From: Parcubacteria bacterium DG_74_1
GTDB taxonomy: Bacteria > Patescibacteriota > Minisyncoccia > Minisyncoccales > DG-74-1
Reading direction: 5' to 3'
NCBI GenBank assembly: GCA_001303125.1
Contig: LJNE01000001.1
Location: 81,737 to 145,736 of the forward strand
Length of the DNA: 64,000 nucleotides
The position numbers and the translations under genes were made by a program. Shown piece after piece: positions 18,442 to 25,977 of the stretch. The notes under the pieces are model-generated. The model saw nothing but the letters and a program-made list of their open reading frames with translations. It made no database searches and was not told the origin of the DNA. Numbering within the stretch: the stretch's first letter is position 1; the number at the start of each line of letters is the position of its first letter.

Positions 18442-20229
18442 CTAAACCGTCACCCAGCCAACAAGTAAAGTGCCGGGACCGGCAGCTGCGCAAACTATTG
18501 TTGGCCCTATGGCAATAAAAGAAACTTCGGCGTTTATTTTTTGCTTCAATAATTTTTTAAGGTTCTCAGCTTCTTCGGGCTTATCAGCGTGACCAATAAC
18601 AACTCTGATTTTTCGCCCTTGTTGCCTAATCTTTTTGCTTTCTTTAAAAACCTTTTTAAATAGGGCTTCGCTGGAGCTAGAGGCAAATATCATGCCACCC
18701 TTGCAAACCAGCCCGTCTTTTATTTTCATTAAAGGGTGAATATTTATTTTTTTAATCCTTCTCACCCAGTTAGCTTGGGAATGGCTGATTCTACCGATTC
18801 CTTCTATCCATTTGGGGTCTTCGAAAACAACATAAAGGTGGACATTAGGGATCAACCCACTTAACTCTTCTAAGATTTCTTCAATTTCTCTTTGTTCTTG
18901 AATCATCTCAAGGGCTCGCAAGATTAAAAGAGCTTCTCCTGACGCGGCTGTTAAGGAATCAAAAACGAAAATTTTACTAGGGTCTTCTGACATTTCTTTA
19001 GCCTGAAGGGCAGAGTTGTAACAACCAGAAAGTTTAGAAGAAAGAGTAACGCAAAGGACTTTATCAAACTCTTTAAGTTGTTTTTTATAGGCCTCCAGAT
19101 ATTGTTTAGGATTAATTTGGGTGGTTTTAACGGTGGCTGGAATGCCTCTTTTTTCTGCCTCTCTCATTTTTTGATAAATATTTCCCCCGGGCAAATCCTT
19201 TTCTTCCGGCCAATCATAGCGAATCGGAAGAACTTCAATCCTGTATTTCTCAACAATTTTAGGTAATAACATAGCTACATCGTCTGTGACGATACCGATA
19301 GAAACCCTTCTGACCGATTCCTCGCCGACCACTTCTTTGGCCATATCTTCAAGCCTTAAATCTTGAATTTGACCCGTTTCCCTTATTGACTTTTTTACCT
19401 CATCGGGATAGTCGGTATGAATATGAATTTTGACCTTGTTACTAATCTGGACGATATCTATGGAATTACCTAATTTCTTTAATTTTTCTTTGATTTCTTC
19501 TTCGCTAAATTTAGGATTCTCAACCAAGGCAATAATTTCGTAACGGTGTGATAAAACTTGAATAAATCTTCTAATTTTTTCTGAAGGTTTTACTTCTCTT
19601 TTCTCTTCTTTTTTCTCCCCCTCCAAAGCCTCTAAATAACTTTCCAGAATCATTAAAAACCCCAAACCTCCAGCGTCAACCACATTGGCTTTTCTAAAAA
19701 CTTCCATTTTTTCCCGGGTAGCCAAAAGGGCTTCTCTGGCTTTCTCGGTAGCTGTTTTCAAGATTTCGATGATATTTTTCCCTTTTTCTGCTTCTTCCCT
19801 AAAGGCTAAAGCTGTTGCATCAATAACGTCTAAAATTGTTCCTTCCTTAGGGTTTTGGATAGACTGTCGGGCTCGTTCAGCTCCTTTCTCAAAAGCAACA
19901 GCTAGTTTTTGAGCATTAACCGGATTTTTATCAAGCAAAGGCAGGAAACTGGCCAAAAAACCGACGTAAATTACGCCGGCATTGCCCTGAGCAGTAGTTA
20001 AAGCTCCGTCTAGGGCTGCTTCAGAAACCTCTTTTAAATCTTTAAAATCCTTTTTCCCAACGGCTTCTTTTATCCCTGATAAGGTTTTAGCCAGATTATT
20101 CCCAGTGTCTTGGTCCGGGACAGGAAAGACATTAATTTTATTGATCTGCTCTTTGTTCTTTTCAATCTTCTCGTAGGATAAAAGGAGCATCTTTTTTAAT
20201 TCGGCTTGACTAAGATATTCCATGGCCAA
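18442..20229 (-). CDS. Dak2 (DhaL/FakA-like kinase domain) fused to a DegV (FakB-like) domain
   Basis: The N-terminal half has DQDTGNNLAKTL...QGNAGVI. The C-terminal 280 aa aligns along its length with the stand-alone DegV at 22844-23719 (e.g. QKMREAEKRGI, LSSKLSGCYNSALQAK vs LTSKLSGTYNSACQAK). Confidence 0.75.
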   Translation of the reverse strand: MAMEYLSQAELKKMLLLSYEKIEKNKEQINKINVFPVPDQDTGNNLAKTLSGIKEAVGKKDFKDLKEVSEAALDGALTTAQGNAGVIYVGFLASFLPLLDKNPVNAQKLAVAFEKGAERARQSIQNPKEGTILDVIDATALAFREEAEKGKNIIEILKTATEKAREALLATREKMEVFRKANVVDAGGLGFLMILESYLEALEGEKKEEKREVKPSEKIRRFIQVLSHRYEIIALVENPKFSEEEIKEKLKKLGNSIDIVQISNKVKIHIHTDYPDEVKKSIRETGQIQDLRLEDMAKEVVGEESVRRVSIGIVTDDVAMLLPKIVEKYRIEVLPIRYDWPEEKDLPGGNIYQKMREAEKRGIPATVKTTQINPKQYLEAYKKQLKEFDKVLCVTLSSKLSGCYNSALQAKEMSEDPSKIFVFDSLTAASGEALLILRALEMIQEQREIEEILEELSGLIPNVHLYVVFEDPKWIEGIGRISHSQANWVRRIKKINIHPLMKIKDGLVCKGGMIFASSSSEALFKKVFKESKKIRQQGRKIRVVIGHADKPEEAENLKKLLKQKINAEVSFIAIGPTIVCAAAGPGTLLVGWVTV

Positions 20230-20919
20230 CTATTTGAATTTCTCCTCTAATTCTTTTAGGATTTTACCCGCCAAGTCCTTGCCACCTAAACCGAAAGAAA
20301 GACCCAGGGCAATTGAAATAGTGATTACCACGCCAATAAAAATGACTAAAATTAAAGAGGGAGTTATTTTAAGCTGATAGAGAATGGCTAAAATAGCAAA
20401 AAGCCAGATCGTCCAACGAATTGCCTTGCCGGAAAATCGAGAGTAAGTTATTTTTTCTTTCTTTAAGGTGCCAACCACAATTTTTTGAGAAAAATCAGCC
20501 AAAAAAACAGCTACAAGAAAAATTAAAATAGCAATAAAGATATTGGGATAATAATCAATCACCCTCCATAAGAATTGGCTTAAGGAAGTTAGTCCCAGAA
20601 TTCTAGCGCTTAGAACTTCAGCAGCTATTGTCAAAAAAAGGAGAACGAAAAACCACCTGACTATTTCGCCAAAAAACCTTGGCGCATTAAGGCGAGTATC
20701 AATCTTGGATAGAGATTCTTCTACGCCCATGCCTTTTAAAATCTGATTCAATCTAATTCTGCCCAGAAAATCGGCGGCCCTTTCTCCTAGCCATTGCGAA
20801 ACAACCCAGCCAATCAAAAAAAACAAAAAGGCTCCAAGGGCACAAAGCGGATAAGAAACCGGGGTCTGTATCAAGTATTTATAAAGTTCTTCCCACATAA
20901 ATAATTTATCTGCTACCAT
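20230..20919 (-). CDS. Integral membrane protein, unknown function
   Basis: 229-aa ORF with about 5 hydrophobic segments, tightly coupled to its neighbours. Confidence 0.5.
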   Translation of the reverse strand: MVADKLFMWEELYKYLIQTPVSYPLCALGAFLFFLIGWVVSQWLGERAADFLGRIRLNQILKGMGVEESLSKIDTRLNAPRFFGEIVRWFFVLLFLTIAAEVLSARILGLTSLSQFLWRVIDYYPNIFIAILIFLVAVFLADFSQKIVVGTLKKEKITYSRFSGKAIRWTIWLFAILAILYQLKITPSLILVIFIGVVITISIALGLSFGLGGKDLAGKILKELEEKFK

Positions 20920-21470
20920 TTGGCACGATTAAGCTTCAAATGATAGCCGATTCTATTAGTAGTTATGTGCAATAAAAAGGTTAAAATAAAAAGGGTTATC
21001 CAGGTTATTATCTCAATTTTTAAAATTGCTGTCAAGAAAATGGCTGAACCTATAACATAGTTCGTTTGATCAAAGGGAATAAACTTGGCGCCCGGCTCCA
21101 TTTTCAGTCTTCGTTTAATAAAGGCAAAAAGTAGATCACCGAAAACTGCACCAACTGAAATCAGAAAGCTAAAAATAAAAATATTAATCTGTTCGTAGTT
21201 TAATAGGGAAATTCTTTGGACCGCTGGAAATTGATAAAGATACTTTTGGATCAAGGCGACCGAAAAACCGACCCCTATCCCTAATATCGCGCCCCGCCAA
21301 GATTTATGGCTACCGAAAATCGGCTGACCTAAAAATTTTTTCCCGGAATCAATGTCCTTGTCTAAAAAATTAAAAAGATTAGCCTTTCTTGCCAAAGGAG
21401 GAGTCATGTTGGTAAAGTAAGCGGGCAGAAAAAAGTAGAAGCAGGCTAAGATATATGTTAGAATGTTCAT
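20913..21470 (-). CDS. CDP-archaeol synthase-like (CarS / DUF46 family) membrane protein
   Basis: FLPAYFTNMTPPLARK...IDSGKKFLGQPIFGSHKSWRGAILG matches the PAYxxN...G..K(T/S)WRG signature I recall for CarS. 185 aa, polytopic. Confidence 0.6.
   Translation of the reverse strand: MNILTYILACFYFFLPAYFTNMTPPLARKANLFNFLDKDIDSGKKFLGQPIFGSHKSWRGAILGIGVGFSVALIQKYLYQFPAVQRISLLNYEQINIFIFSFLISVGAVFGDLLFAFIKRRLKMEPGAKFIPFDQTNYVIGSAIFLTAILKIEIITWITLFILTFLLHITTNRIGYHLKLNRAKW
21456..21464 (+). promoter_or_regulatory. Extended -10 (TGtTAGAAT) 6 nt upstream of the PHP-gene ATG, embedded in the CarS-like coding sequence
   Basis: tgttagaat at 21456-21464, ATG at 21471. Confidence 0.45.
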
Positions 21471-22181
21471 ATGAAGTGCGACTTACACTGCCATACTGGT
21501 TATTCCTATGATAGTACGGCCAAGCCAGAAGAAATGGTTGAAGCTGCGCTTCAAAAAGGACTAAACTGTCTGGCTATTTGTGACCATGGAGAAATTAAGG
21601 GCGCTTGGGAGGCAGTCGAATACGCCAAAGATAAGCCTATTTTAATTATACCGGGGATTGAAATAAAAAGTAAGGAAGGAGACATTTTGGGATTGAACAT
21701 TGAAAAAATTATCCCTAATAAATTGTCAGCTAGGGAAACAATTAAAATAATAAAGAGATTAGGAGGACTAGCAGTTATTCCCCACCCTTTCGGCTGGTTT
21801 TGCTCTTTCAGGGGAAACCTAGAGAACCTTATCTCTGATATAGATGGGTTCGAAGAATCTGACTCTTCTCGCGGCCCAGACAGAACCTTGGCAATCGAGG
21901 TTTTGAATGCTTCAATATTCGGCCGTGGCAACAAAAAAGCCTTGATTTTCTCTCAAAAATACAGCCTCCCCAAAACGGCTGGATCCGACGCCCACTTCCC
22001 GAATTTTATTGGTAGGGTTTATTTAGAAATCCCTGGTAATAATCTTTCTATAGAAGGCGTTTTAAATCACATAAAAAAGGGGGGTGGCAAAATCTACGGG
22101 AAAGAAGCTGGCTTTTTTGAAAAAGCCATCGATCACACAAAACGAAACCTCGCTAAAATCAAACACAAGACACATTCGTAA
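21471..22181 (+). CDS. PHP-domain metal-dependent phosphoesterase
   Basis: MKCDLHCHTGYSYDS, ICDHGE and GSDAH motifs. Confidence 0.75.
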   Translation: MKCDLHCHTGYSYDSTAKPEEMVEAALQKGLNCLAICDHGEIKGAWEAVEYAKDKPILIIPGIEIKSKEGDILGLNIEKIIPNKLSARETIKIIKRLGGLAVIPHPFGWFCSFRGNLENLISDIDGFEESDSSRGPDRTLAIEVLNASIFGRGNKKALIFSQKYSLPKTAGSDAHFPNFIGRVYLEIPGNNLSIEGVLNHIKKGGGKIYGKEAGFFEKAIDHTKRNLAKIKHKTHS

Positions 22182-22270
22182 ACCAGGCCCGAACAAAACG
22201 AAGACAAAGCGAGAGATAAACGCAAGACGTTCAGTAATCATTCATATTAATTCGTAAAATTATTAAAATT

Positions 22271-22870
22271 ATGTTGGAGGAAAAAAGAGAGAAATTTAAA
22301 AAAATTTCCAGCTGGACAGGAAATATTTTCTCTAAACTCGACTTAGCCCCTAACCAATATACTCTCATCTCGCTTGCTCTTGTCTTAGTTGCTTTTTATT
22401 TTTTATTCAAGGAAAAATTGATTGGGGCCTTAATTTTTTTCTTACTGGCTGCCTTTTTAGATTTCATTGACGGCGCCGTAGCAAGATTTTTGCAAAAGGA
22501 CACAAAAAAAGGCGCCTATTTAGATACTATCTGTGACCGTTATGTTGAAGCAATTATTTTGCTTGGTTTTTTGTTTTTGGATTTGCCTAAATTTCTTTTA
22601 TCGGCGGAAATTTGGATTTTTTTGGCTTTCTTGGGCAGCTTAATGACGACTTATGCTAAGGCAGCTGCTAAAGAAAAGGGGTTAATTGAAGCCGAAATTA
22701 AAAAAGGCCTTTTCGGTCGGCCAGAAAGAATAATCTTAATCTCCTTAGCTTTACTTTTAGGAATTTTTAATCTCTCTTGGGTAATTTACCCAATTGTCGT
22801 CTTAGCTGTTTTTTCTAATATTACCTCTCTCCAGAGAATTTTTCTAAACCTCGCTCCAGGCCAAAACTAA
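22271..22870 (+). CDS. CDP-alcohol phosphatidyltransferase
   Basis: DFIDGAVARFLQKDTKKGAYLDTICDRYVE, i.e. the DG(x)2AR(x)8G(x)3D(x)3D signature. Confidence 0.8.
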   Translation: MLEEKREKFKKISSWTGNIFSKLDLAPNQYTLISLALVLVAFYFLFKEKLIGALIFFLLAAFLDFIDGAVARFLQKDTKKGAYLDTICDRYVEAIILLGFLFLDLPKFLLSAEIWIFLAFLGSLMTTYAKAAAKEKGLIEAEIKKGLFGRPERIILISLALLLGIFNLSWVIYPIVVLAVFSNITSLQRIFLNLAPGQN

Positions 22871-23719
22871 AGCATCGGGGCCAACTAGTACTCCCAAGAC
22901 GTTATCAATCAAGTTTATAAAAACGACCTCTGCTTCTCTCGGCTCTCCTTCTATCATTCCTCTTAACCTTTGAGCTCCTTCTAAATCATCACCATGAGTT
23001 ATGGCTACGCAGATTTTTTTTCTTTGGTCGCGTAACTTTTTGGTTTTTGCTTCGAAATCGTGGAACAGGCCAGTAGGAATATCTTTGGCTCCAGTCTTTA
23101 TACCAATAGCCTTTACTGTCCCTTTTTTTATGCCGAGTATTGGCCTGAGTCCAAGTTTCTGCATTCTCCTCACCCAACTGGCTAGAGTATGGGAGAGCCT
23201 ACCTGAAGCTTCTATCCATTTAGGGTCTCTAATCATAGCAGCCAAACGAACCTTAGGAACGAAATCATTTAGCTCTTTAACAATTTCTTCTATTGTTTTG
23301 TTCATTTCAATTAAATCAATTGTTCTAAAAACTAAAAGTCCTTCGCCGCAAGTAGCATTCAAGGAGTCAATGATAAAAATTTTCTCTCCCTGCAGCCCCA
23401 GAATGTTTTTTGCCTGGCAAGCTGAATTGTAAGTACCCGAAAGTTTTGAAGTCAGGGTAATACAGACAATTTTATCAAATCTCTCTAGCTGTTTTTTGAA
23501 TGCGTCTAAAAAATCTTTAGGAGACGGTTGAGAAGTTTTGCCAAAACTTTTTATCCCTCTTTTTTCTGCTTCTCTCATTTTTTGAAAAGTATTTTGGCCA
23601 GGCAAATTCTCTAAATCTGGCCAGTCCATTTTAACAGGGACGGTAGCTATTTGATATTTTTCAGTAATTTCTGAAGGTAAGTCTGCCCCTTCATCAACAA
23701 CTAAGCCAATTTTTTGCAT
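22844..23719 (-). CDS. DegV family fatty-acid-binding protein (FakB-like)
   Basis: IGLVVDEGADLP, TSQPSP and LTSKLSGTYNSA. Paralogous to the C-terminal half of 18442-20229. Confidence 0.8.
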   Translation of the reverse strand: MQKIGLVVDEGADLPSEITEKYQIATVPVKMDWPDLENLPGQNTFQKMREAEKRGIKSFGKTSQPSPKDFLDAFKKQLERFDKIVCITLTSKLSGTYNSACQAKNILGLQGEKIFIIDSLNATCGEGLLVFRTIDLIEMNKTIEEIVKELNDFVPKVRLAAMIRDPKWIEASGRLSHTLASWVRRMQKLGLRPILGIKKGTVKAIGIKTGAKDIPTGLFHDFEAKTKKLRDQRKKICVAITHGDDLEGAQRLRGMIEGEPREAEVVFINLIDNVLGVLVGPDALVLAWSEV

Positions 23720-23723
23720 GTTT

Positions 23724-24407
23724 TTAGATTACTTGCCAGCCTCGAGTGCTGGCGGTCTTTAATAATTCTTTGTCCGGCTCAACAGCCACCGGATTACCGA
23801 CTAATTCTAATATTGGTAAATCAAAAATACTATCCGAGTAGGCAAAACTTCCCTGGAAGTCTATCGCCAGATTGTTGTCGGTTAAAAATTGCTTCACTTT
23901 TTCAGCTTTTCCCTGGGCAAAACAAAGAGGAGGGATTATCTTGCCGGAAAACTTATTCTTAACAATTTCTAGTTCGGTGCCAACAGCGAAATCGATATTG
24001 AGTCGACTTGAAAAAACTTTAATTAAATCTTGAAAACTGCCGGAAATTAAAACAATCAAATAGCCATCTTCTTGATGTTTTTTGAGCCTTTCAAAAGCAT
24101 TCTTTTTCAGGGTCGGTAAAAGGTAATCATCGGTCAGCCAATCAAAAATTTCTTTTGCTCTCTTAATATCTATTCCTTTCATCAGCCGAGCCATATCCTT
24201 GCCCCATCTTTGATAGTATTTTTTAGTAGAAATAAGCCCTACTTTCCAAAAAGGAGTTAAGACAGAATTACTAACCAAAAACCAAAAAATAGAAAAAAAC
24301 TTTTCTCTCTTTTTAAGATAATACTTCAATAATCCAGACCAGAGATGGCTGCTGACCAATGTCCCGTCAAAATCAAAAAGAGCAATTTTAACTCTAGAAT
24401 TCTTCAT
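23724..24407 (-). CDS. HAD-IB family hydrolase
   Basis: IALFDFDGTL motif I, ISGS motif II region, SDSIFDLP motif IV region. Confidence 0.65.
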   Translation of the reverse strand: MKNSRVKIALFDFDGTLVSSHLWSGLLKYYLKKREKFFSIFWFLVSNSVLTPFWKVGLISTKKYYQRWGKDMARLMKGIDIKRAKEIFDWLTDDYLLPTLKKNAFERLKKHQEDGYLIVLISGSFQDLIKVFSSRLNIDFAVGTELEIVKNKFSGKIIPPLCFAQGKAEKVKQFLTDNNLAIDFQGSFAYSDSIFDLPILELVGNPVAVEPDKELLKTASTRGWQVI

Positions 24408-25018
24408 TACGTTGTTTTCCTTAATTTAAATTTTGGCTCCTTACCCTCTTTAAGTCTCTGAATATTTTCTCGGTGAGCCCACCAAGTTAAAGCGAGTAAC
24501 GCTAAGCCAAGAACAAAGTAGGCAAGAGAAAAACGGCTAAGCCAAAAGGCTAAAGGTAAGAAAGAAACCAGTAAAAGATTAGCAAAACTCATTATTTGAA
24601 AAATGGCTAAAATCAAAAGCCAAATTAAGAGCAAAATCCAGAATTTCTGCCAGCCCAAAAGAACGAACAAAACCCCAACTGTGGTAGCCACTCCTTTGCC
24701 ACCCTTAAAATTTAGCCAGACCGGAAAAATATGGCCTAGTACCGGAGTAATGGCTACTAAAGCTACTTGCCAATCAAGGGATAAAAATTTTGTCGCCAAA
24801 AAAATCGGGATTACCCCTTTCAAAACATCTAAAACTCCAACCAACAGACCCCATTTTAGACCCAGGCCTCGTATAACGTTCGTTCCGCCGATATTCCCCG
24901 AGCCGACTTTTCTAATATCAATACCTTTGATTTTGGAAATCAGCAAACCCCAAGGGATAGAGCCTAAGAGATAACCGAAAATAATTAATAAAATTGTATT
25001 AAGCATAAGATATGGCAT
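24407..25018 (-). CDS. plsY: Glycerol-3-phosphate acyltransferase (acyl-phosphate dependent)
   Basis: GSIPWG and GSGNIGGTNV motifs. The ATG at 25018 is preferred over the tracked TTG at 25024. Confidence 0.85.
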   Translation of the reverse strand: MPYLMLNTILLIIFGYLLGSIPWGLLISKIKGIDIRKVGSGNIGGTNVIRGLGLKWGLLVGVLDVLKGVIPIFLATKFLSLDWQVALVAITPVLGHIFPVWLNFKGGKGVATTVGVLFVLLGWQKFWILLLIWLLILAIFQIMSFANLLLVSFLPLAFWLSRFSLAYFVLGLALLALTWWAHRENIQRLKEGKEPKFKLRKTT

Positions 25019-25195
25019 TTTCAAATTTTAGATTTTTAAATACTTTTTTAACTTTTATCGCCTCGCGGGTGCGGCAAAACGGGGGCGATATTCCGCGCAC
25101 GAACCTCGCGGAAATAAAATCAGAAATTCTTTTCAAAATAGGTTCTAACTAATTTCAGTATCCTCCACGCTCCTGTATTGACAAATACGGGAATG

Positions 25196-25267
25196 TGGAC
25201 CCGGTGGGATTCGAACCCACGATCTCCGCGATGCGAACGCGGTGTTCTCCCTCTAAACTACAGGCCC
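25196..25267 (-). tRNA. tRNA-Ala (anticodon CGC), no encoded CCA
   Basis: Hand-folded cloverleaf: acceptor GGGCCTG/CGGGTCC with G3:U70, anticodon arm CCGCG-TTCGCAT-CGCGG, T arm GTGGG-TTCGAAT-CCCAC. Confidence 0.85.
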
Positions 25268-25894
25268 AAGTATTTTTTTTAATTCAGCTAAAGAATTAAT
25301 TTTTCTTACTGGTGGATTTTTAATTTTATTTTCCCTATCAATTAAGATTGCTTCTATACCAAGATTTTTAGCCGGGACTAAATCTCTTTCTATTTCATCG
25401 CCTATCATTGTCGATTCTTCCGGCTTTACTCCAAGTTTATCTAAGGGGTATAAAAACGCTCGAGGATCAGGCTTTTTAAATTTAGTTTCTCGGGGAGTAA
25501 AGACTTTAAAATGTTTCTCTAAATTGAGGTTGGAAAATAAAAAAGGGGCAGAACTTGTTAAAATGGCCTTTTGATAGGGCAAATTAATAATCTCCTTAAC
25601 ATCGTCATAAGGCTGGTAGATAAGATTCTTTCGGTAAAAATTAGCTAATTTATTAATAATGTTTTCGTCAGTTCTCTGAATGGTTCTTTCGAGGAGCTTT
25701 TGGCTCAAATCTCGCCAGTTGGTGCATTTGCTCATCAGTTGGGTAAAAAGAGAAGTGAATAATTTTATATCTTCTTCTGCCTTGAGTTGAATCCCGATTT
25801 TTTGATAGAAAGCAAAGAAATCTTCCGGTCTAAGTTTGGTTGCCGGTCGAATTAAGGTCCCAAATAAGTCAAATAAAATTAATTTTGTTTCCAT
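25253..25894 (-). CDS. HAD-superfamily hydrolase (DxFGT variant, subfamily IA-like)
   Basis: METKLILFDLFGTL..., ILTSS and IGDEIERDL motifs. The ATG abuts the tRNA-Pro 3' end, and the last 4 codons plus the stop lie inside tRNA-Ala. Confidence 0.6.
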   Translation of the reverse strand: METKLILFDLFGTLIRPATKLRPEDFFAFYQKIGIQLKAEEDIKLFTSLFTQLMSKCTNWRDLSQKLLERTIQRTDENIINKLANFYRKNLIYQPYDDVKEIINLPYQKAILTSSAPFLFSNLNLEKHFKVFTPRETKFKKPDPRAFLYPLDKLGVKPEESTMIGDEIERDLVPAKNLGIEAILIDRENKIKNPPVRKINSLAELKKILGPVV

Positions 25895-25965
25895 TCGGGG
25901 TGCTGGGAGTTGAACCCAGGCCGCAGAGTCCCGAACCCTGTATACTACCGTTATACTACACCCCG
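25895..25965 (-). tRNA. tRNA-Pro (anticodon CGG), no encoded CCA
   Basis: Acceptor CGGGGTG/CACCCCG (C1:G72 as in bacterial tRNA-Pro), anticodon arm CAGGG-TTCGGGA-CTCTG, T arm CTGGG-TTCAACT-CCCAG. Confidence 0.85.
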
Positions 25966-25977
25966 TTAAACTTAACC

